Notes: generated by a model from the sequence alone, not told the origin. Positions 46,848-55,270 are shown, counted from the stretch's first letter. The stretch: DNA of 64,000 nucleotides from a virus (IMGVR_UViG_3300046779_000519:113-64112), one strand, 5' to 3'. A program made the numbers and translations.

Positions 46848-48269
46848 TTAAAAAGGGTCTATTTTTACGTCGTTATCAAAGTCTACTTCCATCTTAGATA
46901 ATACAGAGTTCTTGTAGGCAGGCTCTTGAGCCGTGAACCTAAACAATTCCTCCTCCTCATCAGCGATTCTATTTGTGGTTACGTCGCAGTACCTAACAAT
47001 ACCGCCCGTCATACCATCTCTGTTCTTAAGTATGATAAACTCTAGCGTGTAGTCGTTGTCTGGCACTGGCATATTGTTAGCGCGCGCATCTGCTTGGGCA
47101 TAGTAATAGGGTCTATACAATCCAATAACAACCGACGCATCCTGCTCGATGTTACCCGAACTTCTGATATCAGATAATTGAGGGCGCTTGTCGCTCCGAC
47201 CCTCCGCTCCACGAGATAGCTGACTAAGGCATACGATTGGGATATTTAACTTTCTAGTTAGCTTTTGTATCTTATTGGATACAGATGATACTTGAGAAAA
47301 GTCATCTTGCCCGCGCATCTGATTATCTCTAATCAATTGCATATAGTCAATGACTACCATATCAATTTTGTTCTTGCGACACTCGGTTGTCAACACCATT
47401 GATAGGTAGTTGATGTCGCGATTATCAGAGTCGTAAAAGAATATAGGCAAGCGCTTAAGTTCCCTAGCATTAGATAATCTAATCTTAGATACGTCCTCTT
47501 GGGTGATACGATTAGCTTTGATGTCTGAATACTTGTAGTCGGGTGCTTCAGATGAAATGTAGCGATACATTAGCGACTCCTTTGGCATCTCCAATGAAAG
47601 GAACAACACACGCTTACCTGATTTAGCTGACGCCTTCGCTATATCTAGCCCGACAATAGTCTTACCCATTGATGGTCTAGCCGCGATAACAATCATTCCC
47701 TCCTGCCATCCGCCTAATGCGTAGTTTAACTTACGAGAGCCAGTGTCAATACCAGAAAACTTAACGTTTCCCGCGTTGACTTGTAGCTTATCCATTACAT
47801 TGTCATAGACATCTGATAGGGAGTAAATCTCACTACTAGCCGAACTTGTTTCAATCAATGACTCACCTTGCTCGATGATGCTTTGAAGTATAGACACATC
47901 CTCGTCATTTGTTATTGCCCTACCTAATTCAGTAGATATTGACTGATAGATTCTTTTCTGCTCTAACGACTTTAACTCTTGACACGCTGAGGTCAACTCA
48001 ATTGTTGTCTTAGGCGTCATTGTTAATAGCTTAGGAGGTTCATCCGCTAGGAAGCGAGAACTGTCACTGATGGGCTTAAAAATATCAAAACGAGTGTATG
48101 CTTTATTATTCAAATAAAACTCTCTCATCGCCAAGTATGCGTCCTTGTGTAGGTTGTTAGTAAACGCTGTCTCACTAATAATCTTAACCGCGTCCTTAAC
48201 TAAGTGTGGTTTGTCTAATAGGTAGGCAATGATGTCTGCTTCCAGTAGTGTGTCGTGTATTCTTGCCAT
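46848..48269 (-). CDS. dnaB: Replicative DNA helicase, DnaB family
   Basis: IAARPSMGKT Walker A; FLSLEM; VVIDYMQL; LSQLSRG...RPQLSDIRSSGNIEQDASVV; KNRDG. Confidence 0.95.
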   Translation of the reverse strand: MARIHDTLLEADIIAYLLDKPHLVKDAVKIISETAFTNNLHKDAYLAMREFYLNNKAYTRFDIFKPISDSSRFLADEPPKLLTMTPKTTIELTSACQELKSLEQKRIYQSISTELGRAITNDEDVSILQSIIEQGESLIETSSASSEIYSLSDVYDNVMDKLQVNAGNVKFSGIDTGSRKLNYALGGWQEGMIVIAARPSMGKTIVGLDIAKASAKSGKRVLFLSLEMPKESLMYRYISSEAPDYKYSDIKANRITQEDVSKIRLSNARELKRLPIFFYDSDNRDINYLSMVLTTECRKNKIDMVVIDYMQLIRDNQMRGQDDFSQVSSVSNKIQKLTRKLNIPIVCLSQLSRGAEGRSDKRPQLSDIRSSGNIEQDASVVIGLYRPYYYAQADARANNMPVPDNDYTLEFIILKNRDGMTGGIVRYCDVTTNRIADEEEELFRFTAQEPAYKNSVLSKMEVDFDNDVKIDPF

Positions 48270-48271
48270 TG

Positions 48272-48919
48272 TTAAAAGTTGTCTGGTATAATGATTTCGG
48301 TAATCTTATTTGCTGATAGTGGAATAGGCGCAGGCGTGTCGCTCGGCATCTCATCCTCCCAAACTCTGTGAGTAAGGTAGCGTTCTGGGTCTTTCCTATA
48401 CTTCACCTCTCTGTTAGCTATGTAGCTAGGTAGTGCCCTAAATATAGCATCTATCTCTTTCTCTTTTAGCTTAGCCCATTTAGCCTTAGTCTTGTCTTTA
48501 CCCACCTTCTTATTGTAGATATTCCAGAACTCTTCAAAGCGCTCAATAGAGTTATTATTTACTTTTATATTAGTTTCTTTATTATGTGGTGTTTCTACAC
48601 CAGAGGTATGGGGTTTTAACACCAGAGGGGTATGGTGTTCTGACACCAGAGGGGTGAGCAATCTAATCTCTCTATAATCAACCTCATTATTCTCTTTTCT
48701 CTTGATAGTTCTGCTAATAACAGACTTCTTCTCAAGGTTATTTAGGCAGGTTCTAACTCCCTCTAATTTCATCCCCAAAGAGCTCGCTAAGTATTGGTTA
48801 CTTGCGAAGCAGTATCCCTCCTTAGCTGACAAACTATGAATTAATCCCATCAGATTTTTTTCTGATGCGTTCAAGTCTGTTCGCGCCAATAAATCGTAAG
48901 GGATTATTATAAAATTCAT
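48272..48919 (-). CDS. Replication initiator (N-terminal wHTH, internal iterons, C-terminal FEEFW domain)
   Basis: LNASEKNLMGLI...YCFASNQYLA HTH; FEEFWNIYNKKVGK...YRKDPERYL; directly upstream of dnaB. Confidence 0.85.
   Translation of the reverse strand: MNFIIIPYDLLARTDLNASEKNLMGLIHSLSAKEGYCFASNQYLASSLGMKLEGVRTCLNNLEKKSVISRTIKRKENNEVDYREIRLLTPLVSEHHTPLVLKPHTSGVETPHNKETNIKVNNNSIERFEEFWNIYNKKVGKDKTKAKWAKLKEKEIDAIFRALPSYIANREVKYRKDPERYLTHRVWEDEMPSDTPAPIPLSANKITEIIIPDNF
48583..48654 (-). repeat. Iteron array A (3 x 22-24 bp) inside the initiator gene; probable origin
   Basis: On - strand CCCCTCTGGTGT-N4-AC[A/C]CCA[T/C]A x3, followed by AT-rich 48551-48585. Confidence 0.85.
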
Positions 48920-49167
48920 ATTGCCTCTTTTAATTTTTCGTTTACATCATTCAAGTCTACAACCATATCATCTACAAGGGTTAACAACTTCTTAAATGAT
49001 TCCATCTCAGGTCGCGCATATTTAAATAGAGCGGAGTATTCTCTTATCTCTCGCTCAAGATTAACCTTGCGCATATTAAGTACCGCCCGATGACACATAA
49101 TCTCTAGTTCATCGCCTATAAATGGATTGATTACTTCTTCTTCCATAGTACAAAAATAAACCCCCAA
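48916..49167 (-). CDS. Hypothetical protein, first gene of the replication operon (probable start 49146)
   Basis: MEEEVINPF...; the track start lies inside a terminator hairpin. Confidence 0.5.
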   Translation of the reverse strand: MGVYFCTMEEEVINPFIGDELEIMCHRAVLNMRKVNLEREIREYSALFKYARPEMESFKKLLTLVDDMVVDLNDVNEKLKEAI

Positions 49168-49192
49168 ACCTTGTTGCGCAGGTAAGGGGGCG
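49151..49192 (-). terminator. Intrinsic terminator in the 5' leader of the replication operon
   Basis: GCCCCCTTACCT-gcgcaaca-AGGTTTGGGGGT followed by TTATTTTT. Confidence 0.7.
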
Positions 49193-49255
49193 GTTCAAGT
49201 TGCCTTGAATACCGAATGAGATGACCGCAACTTCACCTCATCCGATTGTACGATT

Positions 49256-49287
49256 CAAATGTACAACATAAGTTTTAATTAGTCAAC
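49256..49287 (-). promoter_or_regulatory. Promoter of the replication operon leader
   Basis: On - strand GTTG-N20-TACATTTG. Confidence 0.65.
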
Positions 49288-49554
49288 TAATGTTAGATTA
49301 TTTATATTCATTGTCGGAATACCAATAGTCCTAAACATCTCGCGCGGGTGTGTAAAGATTAATGTGCGAAAGTCTGGAGTTCCTTCTAAGAATACACCAA
49401 AGTCAGAGATTATCCTGCTACCTAATCTGTAATCGACAAGGTATCTCGCGCCTTGAATTAACTTGCTTGTGTCTACGTTAGGATTGTATACCTCGTAGAT
49501 TTCTTTTTTAAGACCTGATTCTTTACCTAAATATGTTCCTACTACTTTTCTCAT
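49279..49554 (-). CDS. Hypothetical protein
   Basis: 91 aa. Confidence 0.5.
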   Translation of the reverse strand: MRKVVGTYLGKESGLKKEIYEVYNPNVDTSKLIQGARYLVDYRLGSRIISDFGVFLEGTPDFRTLIFTHPREMFRTIGIPTMNINNLTLVD

Positions 49555-49558
49555 AATG

Positions 49559-49837
49559 TTATAATGTTTTAGCTATGTTTAAAATTTGTTCTTCTTGTTC
49601 TAATGATAATCTTAAGTGATTCTTACTAATCTTTTGTAGCGCCTCAAAGAAACCTGTTGTGGCAAGTGAACTCGTGTCGGGTGCATTAAACTCAGCACCC
49701 CACTTGTTTACTTCATACTCCCAGACCTCTTCGTGTTGCTCTTGTATTTCTTTAATTAACCTTGTTACTTCGGATGTCGTGCACTCCCGCACGTACTCCC
49801 ATTCAGATATCTCTACCTCTGCAGTAAATTCTGGCAT
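49559..49837 (-). CDS. Hypothetical protein
   Basis: 92 aa acidic. Confidence 0.5.
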   Translation of the reverse strand: MPEFTAEVEISEWEYVRECTTSEVTRLIKEIQEQHEEVWEYEVNKWGAEFNAPDTSSLATTGFFEALQKISKNHLRLSLEQEEQILNIAKTL

Positions 49838-49848
49838 TGTATTGTGAT

Positions 49849-49986
49849 TTACGTATTATTAATTCTTACCCAATACTCTGTTTCTTGTAATAGCTTAAGT
49901 AGAACACCAAGTGTTACTATCTCATCAGAGCCATTGCTCTTGATTCTATCTTCTACTTCTTCTATTAATTGATTCAATACTTCCAT
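49849..49986 (-). CDS. 45-aa hypothetical protein (not in ORF track)
   Basis: MEVLNQLIEEVEDRIKSNGSDEIVTLGVLLKLLQETEYWVRINNT*. Confidence 0.45.
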   Translation of the reverse strand: MEVLNQLIEEVEDRIKSNGSDEIVTLGVLLKLLQETEYWVRINNT

Positions 49987-49987
49987 C

Positions 49988-50224
49988 TTATTTCTTGTTT
50001 AATATTATCTCAAAATTTCCTTGTGTTACTACTACCTTGCCATCTGTTGATGTGAAGGTTACGCCGTGTCCGTATACCCTAAAGGTGTCAGCGCAATAGG
50101 TACTGAACTCCGTCTTGATGGTATATTTGCCAGTTGAGCGTGATAGGTATAGCGTTGAAGCTACACCCACCAAGCATACAAATCCAATAAGGATTACTAC
50201 TAGTTCATTTGATAATCTTCTCAT
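49988..50224 (-). CDS. Single-TM hypothetical protein
   Basis: Hydrophobic LVVILIGFVCLVGVASTLY. Confidence 0.5.
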   Translation of the reverse strand: MRRLSNELVVILIGFVCLVGVASTLYLSRSTGKYTIKTEFSTYCADTFRVYGHGVTFTSTDGKVVVTQGNFEIILNKK

Positions 50225-50586
50225 ATCTCTACCTCAATTTGTTTAACCAATGTATTGTTCTTGTAAGTCGATACATCCTTGTAGTCTGTTACGCGAGCGT
50301 TTAAGATTCCGTCGGGTGATTCGATGATGTGTACCCATACCTTGCGCGGGCGTTTTGATAAGTAGATATGCTCTACGCTTGTGTTATAAGCTACGTCACC
50401 TATCCATCCAATAGCCATACCATTTCTGATAGAGGTAATCTCGAACGGGTCTTTGTGGTAGATTGTGTATGCATCATATAATCCAATCTGATACATTGCG
50501 TAATCGAACTCAATTTTTTCTCTCTTGTTTTCCATTTTGTTTGGTTTTAAAATATTTATAATACGATTAAATAATAAGCTAAACAT
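50221..50586 (-). CDS. Hypothetical protein (probable start 50535, MENKREK)
   Basis: AACCAAAC leader at 50539-50546. Confidence 0.5.
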   Translation of the reverse strand: MFSLLFNRIINILKPNKMENKREKIEFDYAMYQIGLYDAYTIYHKDPFEITSIRNGMAIGWIGDVAYNTSVEHIYLSKRPRKVWVHIIESPDGILNARVTDYKDVSTYKNNTLVKQIEVEI

Positions 50587-50634
50587 ATAGCTGAAATGAT
50601 TACAACAACCTCTAATAGGTCAACGTAGGTGTTC

Positions 50635-50907
50635 TTAGAATTCATCTTTAGTTCTGATAGTTAATTTAACAAGGCAAGGCGCGTTATAGTCTGAAGGATG
50701 ACCATCAGTCGCGTCATATATACTAACCGATACATCTTCCTCATACAATAGATGTAGGTCATACAACCTACCATTAAAATCGAAGGAATGCCATTCGTCT
50801 AGTTCTAGATAATCTATTAGGGTCTCGCATTCAACCTTGTTGACACGAGCATACACGCACATCCTTTGTTTAAAAGGATTAATTATCACGTTGAAGTGTG
50901 TTGCCAT
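50635..50907 (-). CDS. Hypothetical protein
   Basis: 90 aa. Confidence 0.5.
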   Translation of the reverse strand: MATHFNVIINPFKQRMCVYARVNKVECETLIDYLELDEWHSFDFNGRLYDLHLLYEEDVSVSIYDATDGHPSDYNAPCLVKLTIRTKDEF

Positions 50908-51142
50908 TCTCTATAATTTCTAGTAGTTTAAGATTCTCTACATTAGCCTTAGAGATGTTATCCTCCAAGGCTTTATGTAGTTCATACAATTCGTTAATCA
51001 ACACGTCGACTAGGTCGTCCGTGTACAATTTTGCTAAGTGTTCCATCTCCCGATATTCCACGGGGCTAATGCGACAATCTAATATCGCATTGATGATTTT
51101 TTCTCGTTGGTTTGCCATTACTTGTTGTTGTTTAGTAGCCAC
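50879..51142 (-). CDS. Hypothetical protein
   Basis: 87 aa. Confidence 0.5.
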   Translation of the reverse strand: MATKQQQVMANQREKIINAILDCRISPVEYREMEHLAKLYTDDLVDVLINELYELHKALEDNISKANVENLKLLEIIENGNTLQRDN

Positions 51143-51313
51143 ATTAGGTGGACTAAGTCTTCGTGATTCATATGTGTTTAGTCTAAGGAGTTTACTAAGG
51201 TGATTAAGTTTGTAATTAACTCTCGTTCATCTATAAAATATGCATCGTCGTGAATCTCTTCTTCTTTTTCGGATAGCATAAATTCTAGACTAAAAAGATG
51301 TTCGCGTATTGTT

Positions 51314-51502
51314 TCAATTGTTAATTCGTGCTTCGTCATTTTTATGTTTCATTAAGTTTAATAATAGTTCATCCATTTCTTTGATTATCATTAATTCGTC
51401 TTCGAATTCGTCAAAGGTTAATCTTCTTTCTCTGATGCATCCACTCAGTAGGTGGAGGTCATTATAAAGCATCAGTAATAATTTATTCTCGAAGGGTGTC
51501 AT
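51314..51502 (-). CDS. Hypothetical protein
   Basis: 62 aa. Confidence 0.45.
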   Translation of the reverse strand: MTPFENKLLLMLYNDLHLLSGCIRERRLTFDEFEDELMIIKEMDELLLNLMKHKNDEARINN

Positions 51503-51506
51503 AAGA

Positions 51507-51722
51507 TTATTGTTCAGTTATTAATATTTTTAGTTTTGTTAGCATCTCTTCTCCGCCATCGAATACACCATTATAGTGTATCCAATATCTGAGTAATTCA
51601 AAGTCCCTTAGTTTCATATTTTTAATGAAATGTTCCTCGTAAGTTTTTTCGGGAAAGTTAATGGCATCTATTTCTGCCATATAATCTGCTAGGTACTGCT
51701 TAAGTTTATCTGATTGTCTCAT
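51507..51722 (-). CDS. Hypothetical protein
   Basis: 71 aa. Confidence 0.45.
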   Translation of the reverse strand: MRQSDKLKQYLADYMAEIDAINFPEKTYEEHFIKNMKLRDFELLRYWIHYNGVFDGGEEMLTKLKILITEQ

Positions 51723-51922
51723 CTTTGTCTATTTAAGTAATCTAAATAGTTATTAATGTGGGCATCAATTACATCCCAATTAACACCTACTTCTGCATCG
51801 TGGTAATGAAAGACATTTTGCAATATCTCTTCGGCTTGCTTTTCAGTAATAAATAATAGCCCCATATATTCGGCTCGTATTAGCACATCGTCCGTGCTCC
51901 ATTTGATTTCAATTGTCTTCAT
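51719..51922 (-). CDS. Conserved hypothetical phage protein
   Basis: IEIKWSTDDV...AEEILQNV..YHDAEVGVNWDVI motif. Confidence 0.55.
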   Translation of the reverse strand: MKTIEIKWSTDDVLIRAEYMGLLFITEKQAEEILQNVFHYHDAEVGVNWDVIDAHINNYLDYLNRQR

Positions 51923-51926
51923 TTGT

Positions 51927-52148
51927 TTAGTCGATTAAGTTTGCTACATATTGTTCCATACATTCTTCTAATTTCTTGGTGTCGTCATTAAAATCAGATT
52001 CAACAAAGTCTTCATATAAGTCGATTAATTGCACAAAGATGTCTAGATGCTCTGCCTCTTCGGTGCGGGTAAGGTATGCTCTCGTAGCTATTCTACTGAA
52101 CATAAAGAAATCGTAATTGTACTTTTCGTAAGGTGTGTTATTGCTCAT
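51927..52148 (-). CDS. Hypothetical protein
   Basis: 73 aa acidic. Confidence 0.45.
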   Translation of the reverse strand: MSNNTPYEKYNYDFFMFSRIATRAYLTRTEEAEHLDIFVQLIDLYEDFVESDFNDDTKKLEECMEQYVANLID

Positions 52149-52426
52149 CGCTTTAGTTGGTCTATGATTGTATAATACTCATCGTATAATCTATCAAAAA
52201 TATCTTGTGCGGTTTCTGAATATATCAAACCGCCGTGTTCGTCATCGACAAATGCTTTCCCATCACGAAAGTCCCATTTCGCTTGTAGTTCTTTGTCAGC
52301 AAGCTCGCTTGCTAGTTCTAAAATGTTGATAGTGACATTCATCGCTATTAATTTAAAGTGATACGATTCTTGGTAGCGTACTTCACTACCCAATCCAATT
52401 GCTTCTCTGAGATTTCGCCCATCCAA
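52145..52426 (-). CDS. Hypothetical protein
   Basis: 93 aa; YSETAQDIFDRLYDEYY. Confidence 0.5.
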   Translation of the reverse strand: MDGRNLREAIGLGSEVRYQESYHFKLIAMNVTINILELASELADKELQAKWDFRDGKAFVDDEHGGLIYSETAQDIFDRLYDEYYTIIDQLKR

Positions 52427-52722
52427 AAGAAGATGTCTAGAATGTTTCTAATAGCGGGGGCTTCTTTGTCACCCGAGTTAGAATACATACGTTCCTTGCA
52501 AAAGTTTCTGATTGTTTGCGCATAGCGTGAGCGCAAGTCATTGTTGGTTTCTAAAATTTCTCTAACTGACATAGTATTATTATTTTCTTTTATTTTTGAA
52601 TTACACTCTTCACATACATCTCCCTCAAACCATTGGTCGTGCCTCCCGTATAATTGGTGGCACTCCTCGCAAGCCCAAATGTCTTCTTGTCGTGTCATCT
52701 TAATTAGCGGTTGCCTATACAC
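52348..52722 (-). CDS. Zn-ribbon-containing hypothetical protein (may be two small genes)
   Basis: CEECH...CEECN in the first half; internal MSVREIL start. Confidence 0.45.
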   Translation of the reverse strand: MYRQPLIKMTRQEDIWACEECHQLYGRHDQWFEGDVCEECNSKIKENNNTMSVREILETNNDLRSRYAQTIRNFCKERMYSNSGDKEAPAIRNILDIFFWMGEISEKQLDWVVKYATKNRITLN

Positions 52723-52737
52723 CGCAAGGTTAAAATG

Positions 52738-53655
52738 TTATTTTGATAAGATTAACTCTACCGCCTCGTGAGCCTTGGTAGATGCACTCATAATTAACTT
52801 AGGGTCAGACTTCAATTTGCTAATCCATCCGTTGATGTATGCTTGCGAATTCTTGACATCGTCGACTATTGCTTGAATGCCCGTGATAGCCTCTAAATAT
52901 AGCGCGCCTAACTCAGCTACCAACTCCTCCTTAGAATACTCGTCAGAGCCAAAGTTTGCCGTCTTGTCTAAGCGATTAAGTCTAGACTCGTGACCCGTAG
53001 AGTGGATAGCCTCGTGAAAGAATACCTTGTAGTAATCCCCGTTCGATTTCCATTTCTCCGTTGTCTTTGCGGGCATATGGATGTAGTCACCGCTAGGCGA
53101 ATAGTAAGCGCGACCTTGTCCGCTATGCTTAAGCGTTACCTCTTTGCACCAAGCCTCAAGGATAGCTTCAGCGTGTGCATCTGCCTCCAGTTCTGTCACC
53201 TCAATAGGTTGCGATGGCGTGTCGATTGGTAGGTTGGTCTGAGAGATAGAGAATACTTTAAATACCTGCAAGAAGAACGCCTTCTTAGCTTGCTTCTGTA
53301 GGTGTGCGGGTACATCTTCTAAGCGTGCAAAATACTGGGTCTTGCCCGCGATTTCTACCGCAAAGTTGACCTTCCAAAGGTAGACATCCGTAGACTTTTC
53401 GCCCTTGTTAACGCGTCCGTCTAGCTTGCTTACCTGAGCGAATGTGTACCACTTGTTAACCCATCCGTTCTTGATAGCCTTAGCTGATAGGATGAACTGA
53501 TTAACACCGCGGTAAGCCTTACCTTGGGAGTTGATAGCGTTCCATTGATTGGTTACGCTATCCTTGAAAGGTTTAAACCATTGCAAGCCTTTAGTTTGTA
53601 AGCCTTCGATGATTGTATTATTGATTTGGTCGATTAATTCTGCTTGAGTTGCCAT
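52738..53655 (-). CDS. ardC: ArdC-family antirestriction protein (ssDNA-binding N-terminus + zincin domain)
   Basis: QWFKPF...GKAYRGVNQFIL...WYTFAQV..LDGRVNKGEKS; AYYSPSGDYIHMP; FHEAIHSTGH..RLNR; YSKEELVAELGA. Confidence 0.92.
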   Translation of the reverse strand: MATQAELIDQINNTIIEGLQTKGLQWFKPFKDSVTNQWNAINSQGKAYRGVNQFILSAKAIKNGWVNKWYTFAQVSKLDGRVNKGEKSTDVYLWKVNFAVEIAGKTQYFARLEDVPAHLQKQAKKAFFLQVFKVFSISQTNLPIDTPSQPIEVTELEADAHAEAILEAWCKEVTLKHSGQGRAYYSPSGDYIHMPAKTTEKWKSNGDYYKVFFHEAIHSTGHESRLNRLDKTANFGSDEYSKEELVAELGALYLEAITGIQAIVDDVKNSQAYINGWISKLKSDPKLIMSASTKAHEAVELILSK

Positions 53656-53687
53656 AAGATTTGTGTGCTAAAGTTGAGCGTGATAGA

Positions 53688-53810
53688 TTAAAGTAATGGT
53701 AAAAGGAAAGCGCATAAGGTTGCGATTACTAGAGCGGTGATTAACTCACCCTTGTCTTGTGATGCCTCCTCCCCTAGGAAGAAGACAACTACTTTGTTGA
53801 AGGTCTTCAT
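53688..53810 (-). CDS. 40-aa membrane peptide (not in ORF track)
   Basis: MKTFNKVVVFFLGEEASQDKGELITALVIATLCAFLLPLL*. Confidence 0.5.
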   Translation of the reverse strand: MKTFNKVVVFFLGEEASQDKGELITALVIATLCAFLLPLL

Positions 53811-53998
53811 TATTCCTCTGATTGGATGTGTGCTACCATACAAGAAATAATACCACTAAGGAAAAAGCCTCCAATGATATAGGCTACGCGACCATTCTCG
53901 GTAGCGTGTGCCATAACTGCTATGTCCCAAGAAACGAATGCGCAGATAGCGTAAAGACCTAGGAATGTACTGATGATTACAATGATAAATGGTTTCAT
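53810..53998 (-). CDS. 62-aa two-TM protein
   Basis: Two hydrophobic helices. Confidence 0.55.
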   Translation of the reverse strand: MKPFIIVIISTFLGLYAICAFVSWDIAVMAHATENGRVAYIIGGFFLSGIISCMVAHIQSEE

Positions 53999-54094
53999 AA
54001 GAATTAAAATAAGATGTGAATGATTTGGATTAAAGCACTAGCCACCATATAGATAGCTAGTGCGAAGAATGATGCGATTAAGATTTTCATATGA

Positions 54095-54637
54095 TTAAAT
54101 TACGTTAGATGTGCGCTTAGATATTTGATTCCAATATTCGCCTCCATCTTCAGTTTCTGACCAAGTAAATGCCGCCAATACAATTTCTCTAAAGTCAAAG
54201 TGTCCATTGCGTACAAAGAAATTCTCAATTGTTGCTGATTGTTTTTGAGAAAGAAACGCTTTGTGGAATTTGTTCCACTCTGATGGAGTCATAAAGCGTT
54301 CGTAATCCTTGCCTTGAACTATGTCAGTTAATAGGTGCTTTTCAGCATAGATGAACGTCTTCATTTCTGAGTGCATCAAAAGGAAAGTTAATTCAACCTT
54401 GTATCCATCAACTTCGCCTACTAAATCGATATAATTTCGGTCACTTGATGTCCTTACGTCTGCCTTAATTGTAGGCAAGCACACAATCTCAAAGTAGATA
54501 TCGTTTGTATTACCCTTGTTTAACTCTAAGAACGCCTCAACTTCTTTGCGGTGGCTGATGCCTAACTTGATTACCGCTTCGTCTGATGGATTAAACTTTG
54601 AAACGAACTTAACTAAATTTTTTGCTGATTGTAACAT
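54095..54637 (-). CDS. Early hypothetical protein
   Basis: 180 aa. Confidence 0.55.
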   Translation of the reverse strand: MLQSAKNLVKFVSKFNPSDEAVIKLGISHRKEVEAFLELNKGNTNDIYFEIVCLPTIKADVRTSSDRNYIDLVGEVDGYKVELTFLLMHSEMKTFIYAEKHLLTDIVQGKDYERFMTPSEWNKFHKAFLSQKQSATIENFFVRNGHFDFREIVLAAFTWSETEDGGEYWNQISKRTSNVI

Positions 54638-54683
54638 AAGATTTGATTCGGTTACCTACACCGAAAGGATAGTTGAATAATTA

Positions 54684-54726
54684 GAACCTAGGAGGGAATC
54701 GAACCCTCCGCGCTCCAAGCTAGGTT
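54684..54726 (-). ncRNA. tRNA minihelix-like element C
   Basis: AACCTAG-(11 nt)-GAGGG-TTCGATT-CCCTC-CTAGGTT-C. Confidence 0.7.
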
Positions 54727-54955
54727 AGTATTGTATGTCAGTATGTTCGTGTGTTGGGTGCAATTTGCATACCCCTAGCCCAATAAAACTTGTAGGCATT
54801 TGCAATCCGTTTCTTTTGTGTGCATCGATTAGCGATTCTGTCATTTTCTTCGCTTCTGCTATTGCCTCTTCAGCAGTATTGAATTCCGCAATGATTGCCC
54901 TTCTGATTGGTAGCACATAATTTTTTGTCGACTTTAGATAGATTCCGTATTCCAT
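54725..54955 (-). CDS. First early gene, hypothetical
   Basis: 76 aa, flanked by two minihelix elements. Confidence 0.55.
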   Translation of the reverse strand: MEYGIYLKSTKNYVLPIRRAIIAEFNTAEEAIAEAKKMTESLIDAHKRNGLQMPTSFIGLGVCKLHPTHEHTDIQY

Positions 54956-54973
54956 AATAGTGTGTGTTTAAGT

Positions 54974-55022
54974 TGGTGACTAGGTGCGGAATCGAACCGC
55001 ACTAGCAAGCCATTGCCTAGTC
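54974..55022 (-). ncRNA. tRNA minihelix-like element D with encoded CCA
   Basis: GACTAGG-(14 nt)-TGCGG-TTCGATT-CCGCA-CCTAGTC-ACCA. Confidence 0.75.
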
Positions 55023-55270
55023 GTATACATAACCCTTGTATGGGTGGGGATTTGTTGACGCCGTTTACTCGGCGATGGGTTTATTTAGCAACCCGTTCTT
55101 CTGGAACTTCAAACCTTTATACTCAGGAATCCACCATCCTCGTGGGTAACCTTTAGCCTTTCCGAGTGGGGGTTAGCCACTAAGGTGGACTCTTTCGAGT
55201 AGGCGCACCTATTACCCCCTGTATGTGTCAGGGTGGAAGCCGTTGGAGAACTTTTTCCCCGTTTGCTTGA
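55023..55270 (-). ncRNA. Structured GC-rich leader RNA of the early transcript
   Basis: No ORF; multiple short hairpins and a 4-way junction at 55168-55219. Confidence 0.55.
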
